Shown in pieces: positions 47,003-56,283 of a stretch of 64,000 nt of DNA. Every line of letters starts with the position of its first letter. Position 1 is the first letter of the stretch. The notes below the pieces were generated by a model. The model was not told the origin of the DNA, ran no database searches, and worked only from the letters and a program-made list of their open reading frames with translations. The stretch lies in assembly GCA_963836075.1 (NCBI GenBank), contig CAWIIB010000001.1, forward strand, positions 416,001 through 480,000. The letters are read 5' to 3'. Source of the DNA: an uncultured Acidobacteriota bacterium. Lineage in GTDB: Bacteria; Acidobacteriota; JAQAZP01. A program made the position numbers and the translations under genes.

Positions 47003-48637
47003 ATGCAGACGATCAACTCCAGGACCGCCGGGCTGTTCATCGGAGCCGGCCTGGCACTCCTGGCGTTGTACATCCTCGCGCCCCTGCTCTACTACCCCTT
47101 CGCCCGGGACCACGGGATGTACATGGTGGTGGCCGAAGCCATGGCCCGGGGCGGCATGCCCTATGCCGACGCCTGGGACCTGAAAACTCCCGGGATCTTC
47201 CTCGTCTTCCGCGCGGCGCTGGCACTCTTCGGCCGGGTGATGTGGGGGGTGCGGGTACTGGAACTGCTCTTTCTCGCCGCCACCGCCCTGGTGCTGGCCC
47301 GGCTGGGCCGCCGCCTGCTGCCCGAGCTACCCGCGGCCGGACCTCTGGGCGCCACCTACTTTCTGGTCTTTCTTGCGCACTACCTCAACTACTGGCACAC
47401 CGCCCAGGCCGAGAGCTTCCTGATGCTGCCCCTGGTGCTCAGCATCCACTTCTCGCTGGGTGCCCTCAGCGGAACCGAAACGCGCCGGTCAACGCTGCTG
47501 GCCGCCATGGCCGGTCTCTGCATCGGCCTGGTCTTCGTCTTCAAGTTCCCCAACATCCTGCCCCTGGCCTGCGGCCTGCCGCTGCTGCTCCGGTCCCGGG
47601 GGGCAGAGAACACACCTCGCCGGTTGCCCCTGCTGGCCTGGTTCACTGGCGGGGCCCTGCTTGTACCATTGCTCACCGGGATCTGGTTCGCCACGGGCGG
47701 CGCCTGGGGTCAGATGGTGGAGACCCTCTTTGTCTTTGCCCCGCGCTACGCCGCCATCACCGCCTCCCCCGGTTTGCTGGCTCACGGGCTGAAGGTCTTT
47801 GCCGGGTTCTTTCTGCCCGGATCGGGCCTGCTGCCGCTCAAGTGGCTCGCCCTGGCCGGGCTGGTTGTCTGTCTCGGCTCGAAAAAGAGCGCCGGGCGGT
47901 TCGTCCTGCCGCTCTGGTTCCTGCTCTCCCTGGTGGTGATCTGGGTCCAGGGCAAGTTCTTCCTCTACCACTACCAGCCGCTCTACCTGCCGCTGGCCCT
48001 GCTGGCCGGGAGCACCGCCGCTGCCCTGGCCCGGGCCCTCTCCAGCCGGGTGCGGGGGGACGAGAAGTCCCGCCGCCGCGGCGGAGCGGTGGTCATCGTC
48101 ATCTTCCTTGCCCTGCCCTTCATACTCGACCACAGCCAGCAGCGGCAGGACCGGGCAGCTGCCATGGGCGCTGCCCCGGTCACGGAGCCGGGCAAGAATC
48201 TCTCGACATACAGCGACGGCACCGACTTCTCCCTCGCCGCCGACCTGGAGATGGCCGACTACCTCAAGGAAAACACCGGCCCCACTGACACGGTTTTTAT
48301 CTGGGGCTACGAGACCCTGGTCCACTTTCTGGCCCAGCGGGTGCCGGCCAGCCGTTTCGTGAGCCACCAACCACTGGCCAGCCGCTGGCAGATGCCCGGG
48401 TGGCGGGACGAGCTGCTGGAAACCCTGTCCGCCGCACCGCCGGCCCGCATCCTGGTGCTGCGCCGGGACGCCATGCCGGCAGTGACCGGATCCACTTTGG
48501 ACTCCGCCGGTCTGCTCAGGGAATTCCCTGAACTTGACCGCTTCATTTCCCGCTACTATGTTCTGGAAACCGAGATCGAGGATTTTCTCGTCTATCGCCC
48601 GCGTAACGCCGGAGGGAGCAGAGATGACCAGCCCTGA
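47003..48637 (+). CDS. GT-C fold (ArnT/PMT-like) membrane glycosyltransferase
   Basis: RDHGMY...PYADAWDLKTPG and AQAE motifs; about 12 TM helices; soluble C-terminal domain. Confidence 0.8.
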   Translation: MQTINSRTAGLFIGAGLALLALYILAPLLYYPFARDHGMYMVVAEAMARGGMPYADAWDLKTPGIFLVFRAALALFGRVMWGVRVLELLFLAATALVLARLGRRLLPELPAAGPLGATYFLVFLAHYLNYWHTAQAESFLMLPLVLSIHFSLGALSGTETRRSTLLAAMAGLCIGLVFVFKFPNILPLACGLPLLLRSRGAENTPRRLPLLAWFTGGALLVPLLTGIWFATGGAWGQMVETLFVFAPRYAAITASPGLLAHGLKVFAGFFLPGSGLLPLKWLALAGLVVCLGSKKSAGRFVLPLWFLLSLVVIWVQGKFFLYHYQPLYLPLALLAGSTAAALARALSSRVRGDEKSRRRGGAVVIVIFLALPFILDHSQQRQDRAAAMGAAPVTEPGKNLSTYSDGTDFSLAADLEMADYLKENTGPTDTVFIWGYETLVHFLAQRVPASRFVSHQPLASRWQMPGWRDELLETLSAAPPARILVLRRDAMPAVTGSTLDSAGLLREFPELDRFISRYYVLETEIEDFLVYRPRNAGGSRDDQP

Positions 48638-50075
48638 CCAAGCGCAGCCGCACACCGGCCCCGTTATTTCCCTGGAGGCACTGGTGGTGCTGCTCCTCTC
48701 CATCACCGCCTTTCCCGGGCTGCTGCAGACCAACTCCAACCTCGCCGCCCTGCTGGCCGGCAGGAATCGCCTCTTCGGCTTCCTCGAGGCGCTGCACCCC
48801 TCCACCGCCTATTTCGCCTATGACCACTTCAATGGCCTGCTGACCTGTCTCGGCACCCTGCTGCTGATCCTCTACCTGGCCACCGACCTGCTGGGGGGCG
48901 CCGCCCGCCGCGGTCCGCTGCCCGGCCCGGCAGCGCTGGGCGGTTTTTTCCGCGCCCACGCCGGCCGCAGCAAATCCTGGCTGCTGGCCGCCCTGCTGGC
49001 GCTGTTCGTGGTCTACCCCACGCTCTACAGCATGGGGCTGCGCTACGTGGGAACCCTGCAGGGTACCCATGACGGCGGAGTGCTGCAGACCGAAGCGGCC
49101 ATGGACTTCCTGCTCCGGGGAGAGAACCCCTACACCGTGGACTACCGGGGCACCGAGGTGGAGCAGAACAACCTCTCCACCAACTACTGGCTGAACTACG
49201 GGGCCGTCCCCATCATGCACCACCTGCCCTACCTGCCCTTTTCCGTGCTGGCCGGCCTGCCGCTGAAGCTGGCCTCCCAGATGATCCTCGGCTGGTATGA
49301 CCAGCGGCTGTTCCACCTGCTGGCCGCGGCCCTGGCCTGCTGGCTGCTCTGCCGGCTGGCCGGCAGCGGCCCGAGGCGCCGGCTGCTGGTGGCCGCAGTG
49401 TTCCTCAACCCCTACTTCACCCCCTTCTTCATCGAGGGGCGCAACGACATCCTGCCCTTCCTGCTGCTGGTGGCCTCGCTCTGGGCCCTGAAGACCGCCA
49501 GGCCCGGCGCCTCGCTGGTCCTGCTGGCCCTGGGCTGCTGCACCAAGCAGTTCATCTGGGTTTTTCTGCCCTTCTACCTGCTGCTGCTGGCCGGCAGCGG
49601 GTCGGCGGGACGCCCGCTGCCCGACCTCTTGCGCTCGGCGGCGTCCCACTGGCGACGCTGGCTGCTCTTCGCCGGGGTCTGCCTCCTGGTCACCCTGCCC
49701 TTCCTGGCCTGGGACCCGGCGGCCTTTCTGGACGACACCCTCTTTTTCAACGCCGGCAGCAGCGAACTGAACTACCCGCTGGGCGGCACCCCGGGGTTCG
49801 GCGCGGCCAACCTGGTGCTCTACTTCCAGCTGGTGGAGACCCGCAACGACTACTTCCCCTTCATCATCCCCATCATCCTCATCGGCCTGCCCCTGGCCGC
49901 CGGCCTGCTGCTGCTGCAGAAACAGCGCAACAGCGCCTGCATGATGCTGGCCTGCGGCTCGCTGACCCTGCTGGCAGTGCTCTTCCTCTCCCGGCTGTTC
50001 CATGACAACCACCTGGGCCTGGCCCTGATGTGGGTCACCGTGGCGGCCCTGGCCGACGACTTTTCAGCCGGTTGA
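48624..50075 (+). CDS. GT87/DUF2029-like GT-C membrane glycosyltransferase
   Basis: HD...GENPY, PYLP, GRND and TKQ motifs; many TM helices; overlaps the upstream gene. Confidence 0.8.
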   Translation: MTSPDQAQPHTGPVISLEALVVLLLSITAFPGLLQTNSNLAALLAGRNRLFGFLEALHPSTAYFAYDHFNGLLTCLGTLLLILYLATDLLGGAARRGPLPGPAALGGFFRAHAGRSKSWLLAALLALFVVYPTLYSMGLRYVGTLQGTHDGGVLQTEAAMDFLLRGENPYTVDYRGTEVEQNNLSTNYWLNYGAVPIMHHLPYLPFSVLAGLPLKLASQMILGWYDQRLFHLLAAALACWLLCRLAGSGPRRRLLVAAVFLNPYFTPFFIEGRNDILPFLLLVASLWALKTARPGASLVLLALGCCTKQFIWVFLPFYLLLLAGSGSAGRPLPDLLRSAASHWRRWLLFAGVCLLVTLPFLAWDPAAFLDDTLFFNAGSSELNYPLGGTPGFGAANLVLYFQLVETRNDYFPFIIPIILIGLPLAAGLLLLQKQRNSACMMLACGSLTLLAVLFLSRLFHDNHLGLALMWVTVAALADDFSAG

Positions 50076-50100
50076 CTTGCCCCGGTGGCGTTATTACAAT
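50072..50100 (+). promoter_or_regulatory. Sigma70-type promoter of the serA-like gene
   Basis: TTGACT-N17-TACAAT. Confidence 0.7.
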
Positions 50101-50202
50101 GCGCTCTCCCGGTAGGGCGACCATGTCGCGCCACCGGCCGCGGCCGTGGCCCGGGGTGCGATTTCACTTCTGATTTTCTGACGATTTCTGGAGGGCTTCG
50201 AA

Positions 50203-51087
50203 ATGAAGATTCTCATCGCCGACAAGTTTGGTGAGGACCTGCCGGACAAGCTGGCCAAGTACGGCGAAGTGGTGTCCGAGGACATGAGCCAGCTCAAGGA
50301 CGCCGACGTGCTGCTGGTGCGCAGCAAAACCAAGCCGAACAAGGAATTCATCGACAGCGCACCGAATCTCAAGCTGATCATCCGCGGCGGCGTGGGCATC
50401 GACAACATCGATACCGCGTACTGCAAGGAAAAGGGCATCCTGGTCCACAATACCCCCTCGGCTTCGGCCATCGCCGTGGCCGAGCTGGTGATGGCCCAGA
50501 TGCTGACCATCCAGCGCCGCATCGTGGAGGCCCACAACTCCACCAACGCCGGCAAGTGGGAGAAAAAGAGCCTCAAGGGCGCCGAGATCTACAAGAAGAC
50601 CCTGGGCCTCATCGGGGTCGGCCGCATTGCCACCGAGGTGGCCGTGCGGGCCAAGGCGTTCGGGATGAACGTCATCGCCTACGACCCCTACGTCAAAACC
50701 CACGAGATCGCCCAGCTGACCTCCCTGGAGGAGGTGCTCAAGGGTTCGGACTTCATCTCGCTGCACATCCCCTTCACCGAAGAGACCAAGGACCTGATCA
50801 ACCGGGAGACCCTCTCCCTGATGAAGTCCAACGCCGTGATCATCAACACCGCCCGGGGCAAGGTGATCAACGAAAGCGATCTGGCTGAGGCGCTGAAAGC
50901 CGGCACCATCCGCTATGCCGCCATCGACGTCTACCAGAAGGAGCCGCCCGAGGGCTCGCCCCTGATCGGCCTGGACAACATCCTGGTCACTCCACACCTC
51001 GGGGCCTCCACCGGCGAAAACCTCCAGCGCATTGGCCAGCTGGTGGAAAAACTGGTGGGTGAGCTGTCCCGCGGTGAGCTGAGCTGA
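50203..51087 (+). CDS. serA: D-3-phosphoglycerate dehydrogenase-like D-2-hydroxyacid dehydrogenase (short form, no ACT domain)
   Basis: VRS, RGGVGIDNID, NTP...AVAEL, INTARG, DV...EP and TPHLGAST motifs. Confidence 0.8.
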   Translation: MKILIADKFGEDLPDKLAKYGEVVSEDMSQLKDADVLLVRSKTKPNKEFIDSAPNLKLIIRGGVGIDNIDTAYCKEKGILVHNTPSASAIAVAELVMAQMLTIQRRIVEAHNSTNAGKWEKKSLKGAEIYKKTLGLIGVGRIATEVAVRAKAFGMNVIAYDPYVKTHEIAQLTSLEEVLKGSDFISLHIPFTEETKDLINRETLSLMKSNAVIINTARGKVINESDLAEALKAGTIRYAAIDVYQKEPPEGSPLIGLDNILVTPHLGASTGENLQRIGQLVEKLVGELSRGELS

Positions 51088-51108
51088 CCCTCCATTCCAC
51101 CGATATCC

Positions 51109-51143
51109 AAAGGCCCGGTCGTCAAACGGCCGGGCTTTTTTTT
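51109..51143 (+). terminator. Intrinsic terminator
   Basis: GGCCCGGTCG-TCAAA-CGGCCGGGC-T8. Confidence 0.85.
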
Positions 51144-51413
51144 CTTCTGACCATTCCATACCGTTTTTCTCAGGATTCGGGCATCTTGACTTTTCCTGCG
51201 GTTGAATTAAAATCCGGTTCTACATTTCTATTGCTTTACGTGGTGATGCCCATTCCCGGGCCACGTCCCGGGGTGGCGTTGCCGAAGCTGCTTCAGTATG
51301 CGGATTCATCAATATTGACCTGCCTGGACCGAACCATCGGCCGGCACGCTCGAAACGGACGGGCATCTGCTTCGTCCACCAGCCACCATTGTTGGCAGAA
51401 AGGAACGTTTACC

Positions 51414-52691
51414 ATGTCCCAAATCCATGACAAACTTGCCTCCATGATTCCCGGCTTGAGGGATGAGATGAGAGGTATCATCAAGGAGCACGGTTCCCTG
51501 GTCATCTCCGAGTGCACCATTGCCCAGGCCTACGGCGGCATGCGCGGTGTCAAGGGGATGGTTTGCGACACTTCGCTGGTGGAGCCGGACACCGGTCTGA
51601 TCATCCGCGGCATGCCCCTCCTGGAAGGCCCCGCCGACATGCTGCCCGAGGAGATCTTCTACCTGCTGCTGATCGGTGAAATGCCCGACGATGCGGCCAA
51701 GAAGGACCTGGCGGCCCAGTATTCCTCCCGCTGTGTCGTGCCCGACTACGTCTGGGACGTCCTGCGCGCCATGCCCAAGGACTCGCACCCCATGGCCATG
51801 CTGGACACCGCGATCCTCTGCATGGAGCGCGAGTCGGTGTTCCGTAAAAGATACACCGAGGGGATGGTCAAGACCGAGTACTGGGAACCGACCCTGGAAG
51901 ACTCGCTGAACCTGCTGGCCAAGCTCCCCGGCATCGCCGCCGGCGTCTACCGCATCCGCTACGAGAAGGGCGACCTGATCGCTCCGGACCCGAAGCTCGA
52001 CTGGGGCGCCAACTACGCCCACATGATGGGGAACGACGCCCCTGACTTCTACGACTGCATGCGCCTCTACCTCACCCTGCACTGCGACCACGAGGGCGGC
52101 AACGTCAGCGCCTTCAGCTGCCACACCGTCGGCTCGGCCCTCTCCGACGTCTACTACGCCGTCTCCGCCGGCCTCAACGGCCTGGCCGGCCCGCTGCACG
52201 GCCTGGCCAACCAGGAGTGCCTGAAGTGGGTCCTGGAGACCATCGAGAAGTTCGGCGGCGCCCCCACCGAGGAACAGATCAAGGACTACGCCTGGGAGAC
52301 CCTGAACTCCGGCAAGGTGATCCCCGGTTACGGCCACGCCGTGCTGCGCGTCACCGACCCCCGCTTCACCGCCTTTGTGGCCTTCGGCCAGAAGTACATG
52401 GCCGACGACCCGGTCTTCCAGACCGTGGACCGGGTCTACAACGTGGTCCCCGGCGTGCTCAAGGAGCACGGCAAGGCCAAGAACCCCTGGCCCAACGTGG
52501 ATGCCGGCTCCGGCGCCCTGCTCTACCACTACGGCCTGAAGGAGTTCGAGTACTACACCGTGCTGTTCAGCGTGTCCCGTGCCATGGGCATGTGCTCGCA
52601 GATGATCCTCAACCGTGCGCTTGGCGTGCCGATCACCCGGCCCAAGTCTGTGGGCACCAAGTTCCTCAAGGACTTCATCGCCGCCAACTAG
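51414..52691 (+). CDS. gltA: Citrate (Si)-synthase, eukaryotic/Geobacteraceae type
   Basis: YGGMRG, DHEGGNVSA, GLAGPLHGLANQE, PGYGHAVLRxTDPR and NPWPNVDA motifs; RBS AAGGA; promoter-like TTGACT-N16-TAAAAT at 51186. Confidence 0.95.
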   Translation: MSQIHDKLASMIPGLRDEMRGIIKEHGSLVISECTIAQAYGGMRGVKGMVCDTSLVEPDTGLIIRGMPLLEGPADMLPEEIFYLLLIGEMPDDAAKKDLAAQYSSRCVVPDYVWDVLRAMPKDSHPMAMLDTAILCMERESVFRKRYTEGMVKTEYWEPTLEDSLNLLAKLPGIAAGVYRIRYEKGDLIAPDPKLDWGANYAHMMGNDAPDFYDCMRLYLTLHCDHEGGNVSAFSCHTVGSALSDVYYAVSAGLNGLAGPLHGLANQECLKWVLETIEKFGGAPTEEQIKDYAWETLNSGKVIPGYGHAVLRVTDPRFTAFVAFGQKYMADDPVFQTVDRVYNVVPGVLKEHGKAKNPWPNVDAGSGALLYHYGLKEFEYYTVLFSVSRAMGMCSQMILNRALGVPITRPKSVGTKFLKDFIAAN

Positions 52692-52716
52692 GCTGAAAGC
52701 TCAGACCGATGTATCC

Positions 52717-52747
52717 AGCCGGAGCGCGAAAGCGCTCCGGCTTTTTT
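52717..52747 (+). terminator. Intrinsic terminator
   Basis: GCCGGAGCGC-GAAA-GCGCTCCGGC-T6. Confidence 0.9.
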
Positions 52748-52806
52748 GTACCCGCTTGTCTTTCATGGATAATGCATGAAGGGCATGGAGGTATTAAAAG
52801 CAGCCG

Positions 52807-52968
52807 ATGAACCCTTTACAGGCCTACAATCGGCGGCGGAAGGAGCGCAACCGGCGGCTGGTGCAGCGGAAGCTGGCCGACGGCTACCACCTGCTTCACG
52901 TCCGGGCCACCGGCGAGAAGGGTGAAACCCGCGAAATGATGCACCGGACCATCCGCGTGGCGAACTGA
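52807..52968 (+). CDS. Small basic hypothetical protein, 53 aa
   Basis: Translated by hand: MNPLQAYNRRRKERNRRLVQRKLADGYHLLHVRATGEKGETREMMHRTIRVAN; fills the intergenic gap; GGAGGT is upstream but rather distant. Confidence 0.45.
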   Translation: MNPLQAYNRRRKERNRRLVQRKLADGYHLLHVRATGEKGETREMMHRTIRVAN

Positions 52969-52983
52969 GACCGGGAGAGATCC

Positions 52984-54651
52984 CTACCGGGCCAGATGCA
53001 GCAGCAGGGTTACCGGCGGACGGCCCAGGTCCTCCTGGTCCCAGTCGTCGGGCCGGTTGACCAGCACCAGGTCCTGCCGGCCGTCGTTGTTGAGATCGAC
53101 GATACGGAGCCCTCCGAGCTGGTTGGAGCTGAAGGAGATGTCAGAGCCGGTGGACCCCAGTCTCATGGTCACCGTCTCCCCGTCCTCGTCCTGCTCCTCT
53201 GTTCCGGGCCGCTGGTCCAGCACGGCCCAGGGTTTTGAGGAGAAGGGATCCTTGCTGCCGGCCGGGTTCCGGAGGTGGATCCGCACCTTGGAGTCGGCCA
53301 GCAGCACCAGGTCATCCAGGCCGTCCCCGTCCATGTCGCTGTCGGGGAATATGGATTCCCGCCGGGCCGAGTCGAAGCTGATTTTCTGGCCCTTTACCCG
53401 CTCCCCGAACAGGCCCTTGCCCTGCCCGGGGTAGATGTCCACCACCAGTTTGGCGTTGATCAACCCCTTGTAGTAGAAGATGCAGAGGTCGGCCGTCCCG
53501 TCGCCGGTGAGGTCGGTGTGGCGGATCAGCGCCTCCTGCCAGATGTTGATCTGGCTGGTCCACTGCCCTGACGGCTGACGGCCCATGGGGGCTCCGGGCC
53601 CGGTGGAGAGCCAGACCCGCAGTTCCTTTTCCTCGAAGAAACTGCCCCCGCCGCTGGATACCGTACCCTTGCCGCCCGCTGGGTCGTCCATGTTGAAGCT
53701 GGTGCTCAGTGCCGCCAGGTCAGGCGTTCCGTCACCGTTGAGATCGTCCAGCAGGTAATCGGTGACCGATTCCCCCAGGCCGAACTGCAGCTGCTGGACC
53801 TCCTGTTGCAACATACCGTTGTCCGGGGAAAAGCGGTACCAGTCGCACTCCAGCTGGCCCATGCCGTTCAGCGGGCGTGGCTCGAACAGCATTTCCGGCA
53901 GGCCGTCGCCGTCCAGATCGGTGGGCTGCGGCAGTTCGCGGCTGACCCTGACCCGGTTTCCCCGCAGCGACACCTGCGGGCCGCGGGTCAGAAACTGACG
54001 GTACGGGGTGGAGAACGGCGCCCCGGCCGACCCGTCCTTTCCCGCCCGGTTGAAATGGACGTCAAGGCCCATGAATCGGGGGTAGATCAGGTCCTGGCGG
54101 CCATCGCCGTCCAGATCCCACATCAGGTCGGGGCTGCGGTGCAGGGAATCGGTGAGCGGCATGGCCAACAACGGCTCGCAGCCGGCGCCGCTGCCGTCCA
54201 GGGCCTTCTCCAGCGCTTCGAAACCGTCCACCTTCCCGGCCGCAGCCAGCTCGTGCCAGAACTGCCGTCGGCCGGCGGAACGGATCATCACCAGCCGACG
54301 GCCGTCAACGGTGAAGCAGATGTCGGGTACCCCGTCGCCGTCCACATCGGCCAGGTCGATGGAGCCGCAGCCCTCGGGAATGGTGCAGGAGGCCTCCTCA
54401 CGGCGGAACCGGGCGCCATCCTCCTGGAAGAAGAGCACGAAGCGCCGGTCCTCGGCCAGGAAGGCGAAATCGGGCAGCCCGTCCTGGTCCAGATCCTGGA
54501 GGAAGGACTTAAGCACCGGGGCCTCAACGGCAAGGGTGCGGCTCTCAAAGGAGGCCGTGCCGCTCCCGGCCAGGGCCGGTATGGCGGCCGGCAGGGCCAG
54601 GGCCGCGCAGAGGACCAGGACAAGGGCTGGTGATCGTCCAGCTCTCTTCAT
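52984..54651 (-). CDS. Secreted FG-GAP/VCBS-repeat protein
   Basis: Signal peptide; about eight DxxGDGxxD motifs; TGATG overlap with the upstream gene. Confidence 0.88.
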   Translation of the reverse strand: MKRAGRSPALVLVLCAALALPAAIPALAGSGTASFESRTLAVEAPVLKSFLQDLDQDGLPDFAFLAEDRRFVLFFQEDGARFRREEASCTIPEGCGSIDLADVDGDGVPDICFTVDGRRLVMIRSAGRRQFWHELAAAGKVDGFEALEKALDGSGAGCEPLLAMPLTDSLHRSPDLMWDLDGDGRQDLIYPRFMGLDVHFNRAGKDGSAGAPFSTPYRQFLTRGPQVSLRGNRVRVSRELPQPTDLDGDGLPEMLFEPRPLNGMGQLECDWYRFSPDNGMLQQEVQQLQFGLGESVTDYLLDDLNGDGTPDLAALSTSFNMDDPAGGKGTVSSGGGSFFEEKELRVWLSTGPGAPMGRQPSGQWTSQINIWQEALIRHTDLTGDGTADLCIFYYKGLINAKLVVDIYPGQGKGLFGERVKGQKISFDSARRESIFPDSDMDGDGLDDLVLLADSKVRIHLRNPAGSKDPFSSKPWAVLDQRPGTEEQDEDGETVTMRLGSTGSDISFSSNQLGGLRIVDLNNDGRQDLVLVNRPDDWDQEDLGRPPVTLLLHLAR

Positions 54652-56282
54652 CACTCCTCCCCGCCGGTGCTGGAGGTGTAGATCACCACCCGGAACTGCT
54701 CCTCTTTGCCCAGGCCCGCCTTGAACACCACCACGTCGCTTTTCTGGTCGCCGTTGAGATGGTTGACCAGCAGCAGGTCCGGGTCGCGGGCCTCGCGGGG
54801 CAGGCTGAACGTGAGGTCCGGTTTTTTCGAGTAGGTCCCGTCGCCAGCGGAAAAATGGATTCCCAGGGAAGACCCGCCCTCGAAGCGGATGTAGTCCCTG
54901 ATCCCGTCACCGTTGAAGTCACCGGAGAAGAAGGGGAACTCGGGCATCTCCAGGTCGCGGAAGTTGATGCGGATCTTCTCCTTCACCTCGTGCACCGCGA
55001 TCCCGTGAAAACCGTTGTTCTCGTTCTGCAGGTAGTTCTTGAAAAAGATCTCCAGGGTGATCTTCTGCACCGTGGCCAGCTTGACCAGCTGGAATATCCC
55101 CACGTCGAAAGAGATGCCGAGGATGTCGAGGAGCCCGTCGCCATTGAGGTCGATGAACGAGGGGAGCATCTCGCTGTCTTCGCCGGCATCTGCGGCCACC
55201 ATGCCGCGGATCAGGCTGCGGGAAACCGGGCCGTCCGGAAACTGGAGCTCCGCGTTGCCCGGAAAGAGCTCCACAAAGGTCTTGGGATTCTTTTCCTCGC
55301 GAAAACTATCGTCTTTTTCAAGTGTGTGAAAGACCAGTATGTCGGCGATGCCGTCCCCGGTGATGTCGCCGAAGTGGCGCCCGGCGCGCTCCTCCCCCTC
55401 TCCGGCCTCGGGGAAGGTGATCTTCTGCGGCTCGGCGGTAAAGGACCGTCCCGGCTGCTGGACAAAGACCAGCACGTCGTCCGGCATGTGGAAGAGGATG
55501 TCCAGCAGGCCGTCGCCGTTGCAGTCCTGGGGGGTGGGCACGGGAAACCTGGTGACCAGCCGGTTTCCACCGTAGCTGTGGCTTGAGATTCCGGCCGGGA
55601 GAACCGATTCCGGCCCCGTCGATTGCTCAGTCCCGCCGGCGCTGAGGGGGGCGAAACGGACCAGGGTCTCCCCGTAGCGCTGGAGCACCAGGTCGGACCG
55701 GCCGTCACCGTCCAGGTCGTGAAGAAAGCGCATGCCGCCGAAAAACTGCCGGCAGCCGCTGAATGTCGTGCGGGTCTGCACCAGCCGCGCCCCGTCCTCC
55801 ATCCAGCCGCCGTCCACCCGGTAGCGGACCTCCACACCGTCGTCGTCCAGCAGCAGCAGGTCCTGCAGTCCGTCCCCGTCCAGGTCGGCCAGGTCGAAGG
55901 CGATGTAGCGCTCGTCCAGGGGCAAGGGCTGCCCCAGGAAGGCGAAGGCCCCGCCAGCTTGCTGGACCAGCGCGGCGGCCTTCTTCTCCTTCACCTGGTA
56001 GGCCACCAGCTCGGCGAAGATGGCGTTGCCCCGGGTCACCGTCTCGAAGTGCTGCTTGCCGGCGGAGAGCCCGGTGACCAGCAGCAGGTCGGTGAGCCCG
56101 TCGCCGTTGATGTCGGCCGGCCGGGCAGCGATGAGGCTGCCCGGGAAGCTCCCGTCGTAGGTGGAGTAGGCCCCGGAGTCAGGCCCGGCCCCCAGAAGGG
56201 CTGCGGCCGGGCCGCATAGAAGGAGCAGGGACAACAGGACCACCGGAAGTCCAGGCCTGCGCTGCTGCTTCCCGAAGATCAT
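54651..56282 (-). CDS. Secreted FG-GAP/VCBS-repeat protein
   Basis: Signal peptide; about eight DxNGDGxxD motifs; ATG is 1 nt after the glgP stop. Confidence 0.88.
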   Translation of the reverse strand: MIFGKQQRRPGLPVVLLSLLLLCGPAAALLGAGPDSGAYSTYDGSFPGSLIAARPADINGDGLTDLLLVTGLSAGKQHFETVTRGNAIFAELVAYQVKEKKAAALVQQAGGAFAFLGQPLPLDERYIAFDLADLDGDGLQDLLLLDDDGVEVRYRVDGGWMEDGARLVQTRTTFSGCRQFFGGMRFLHDLDGDGRSDLVLQRYGETLVRFAPLSAGGTEQSTGPESVLPAGISSHSYGGNRLVTRFPVPTPQDCNGDGLLDILFHMPDDVLVFVQQPGRSFTAEPQKITFPEAGEGEERAGRHFGDITGDGIADILVFHTLEKDDSFREEKNPKTFVELFPGNAELQFPDGPVSRSLIRGMVAADAGEDSEMLPSFIDLNGDGLLDILGISFDVGIFQLVKLATVQKITLEIFFKNYLQNENNGFHGIAVHEVKEKIRINFRDLEMPEFPFFSGDFNGDGIRDYIRFEGGSSLGIHFSAGDGTYSKKPDLTFSLPREARDPDLLLVNHLNGDQKSDVVVFKAGLGKEEQFRVVIYTSSTGGEE

Positions 56283-56283
56283 C

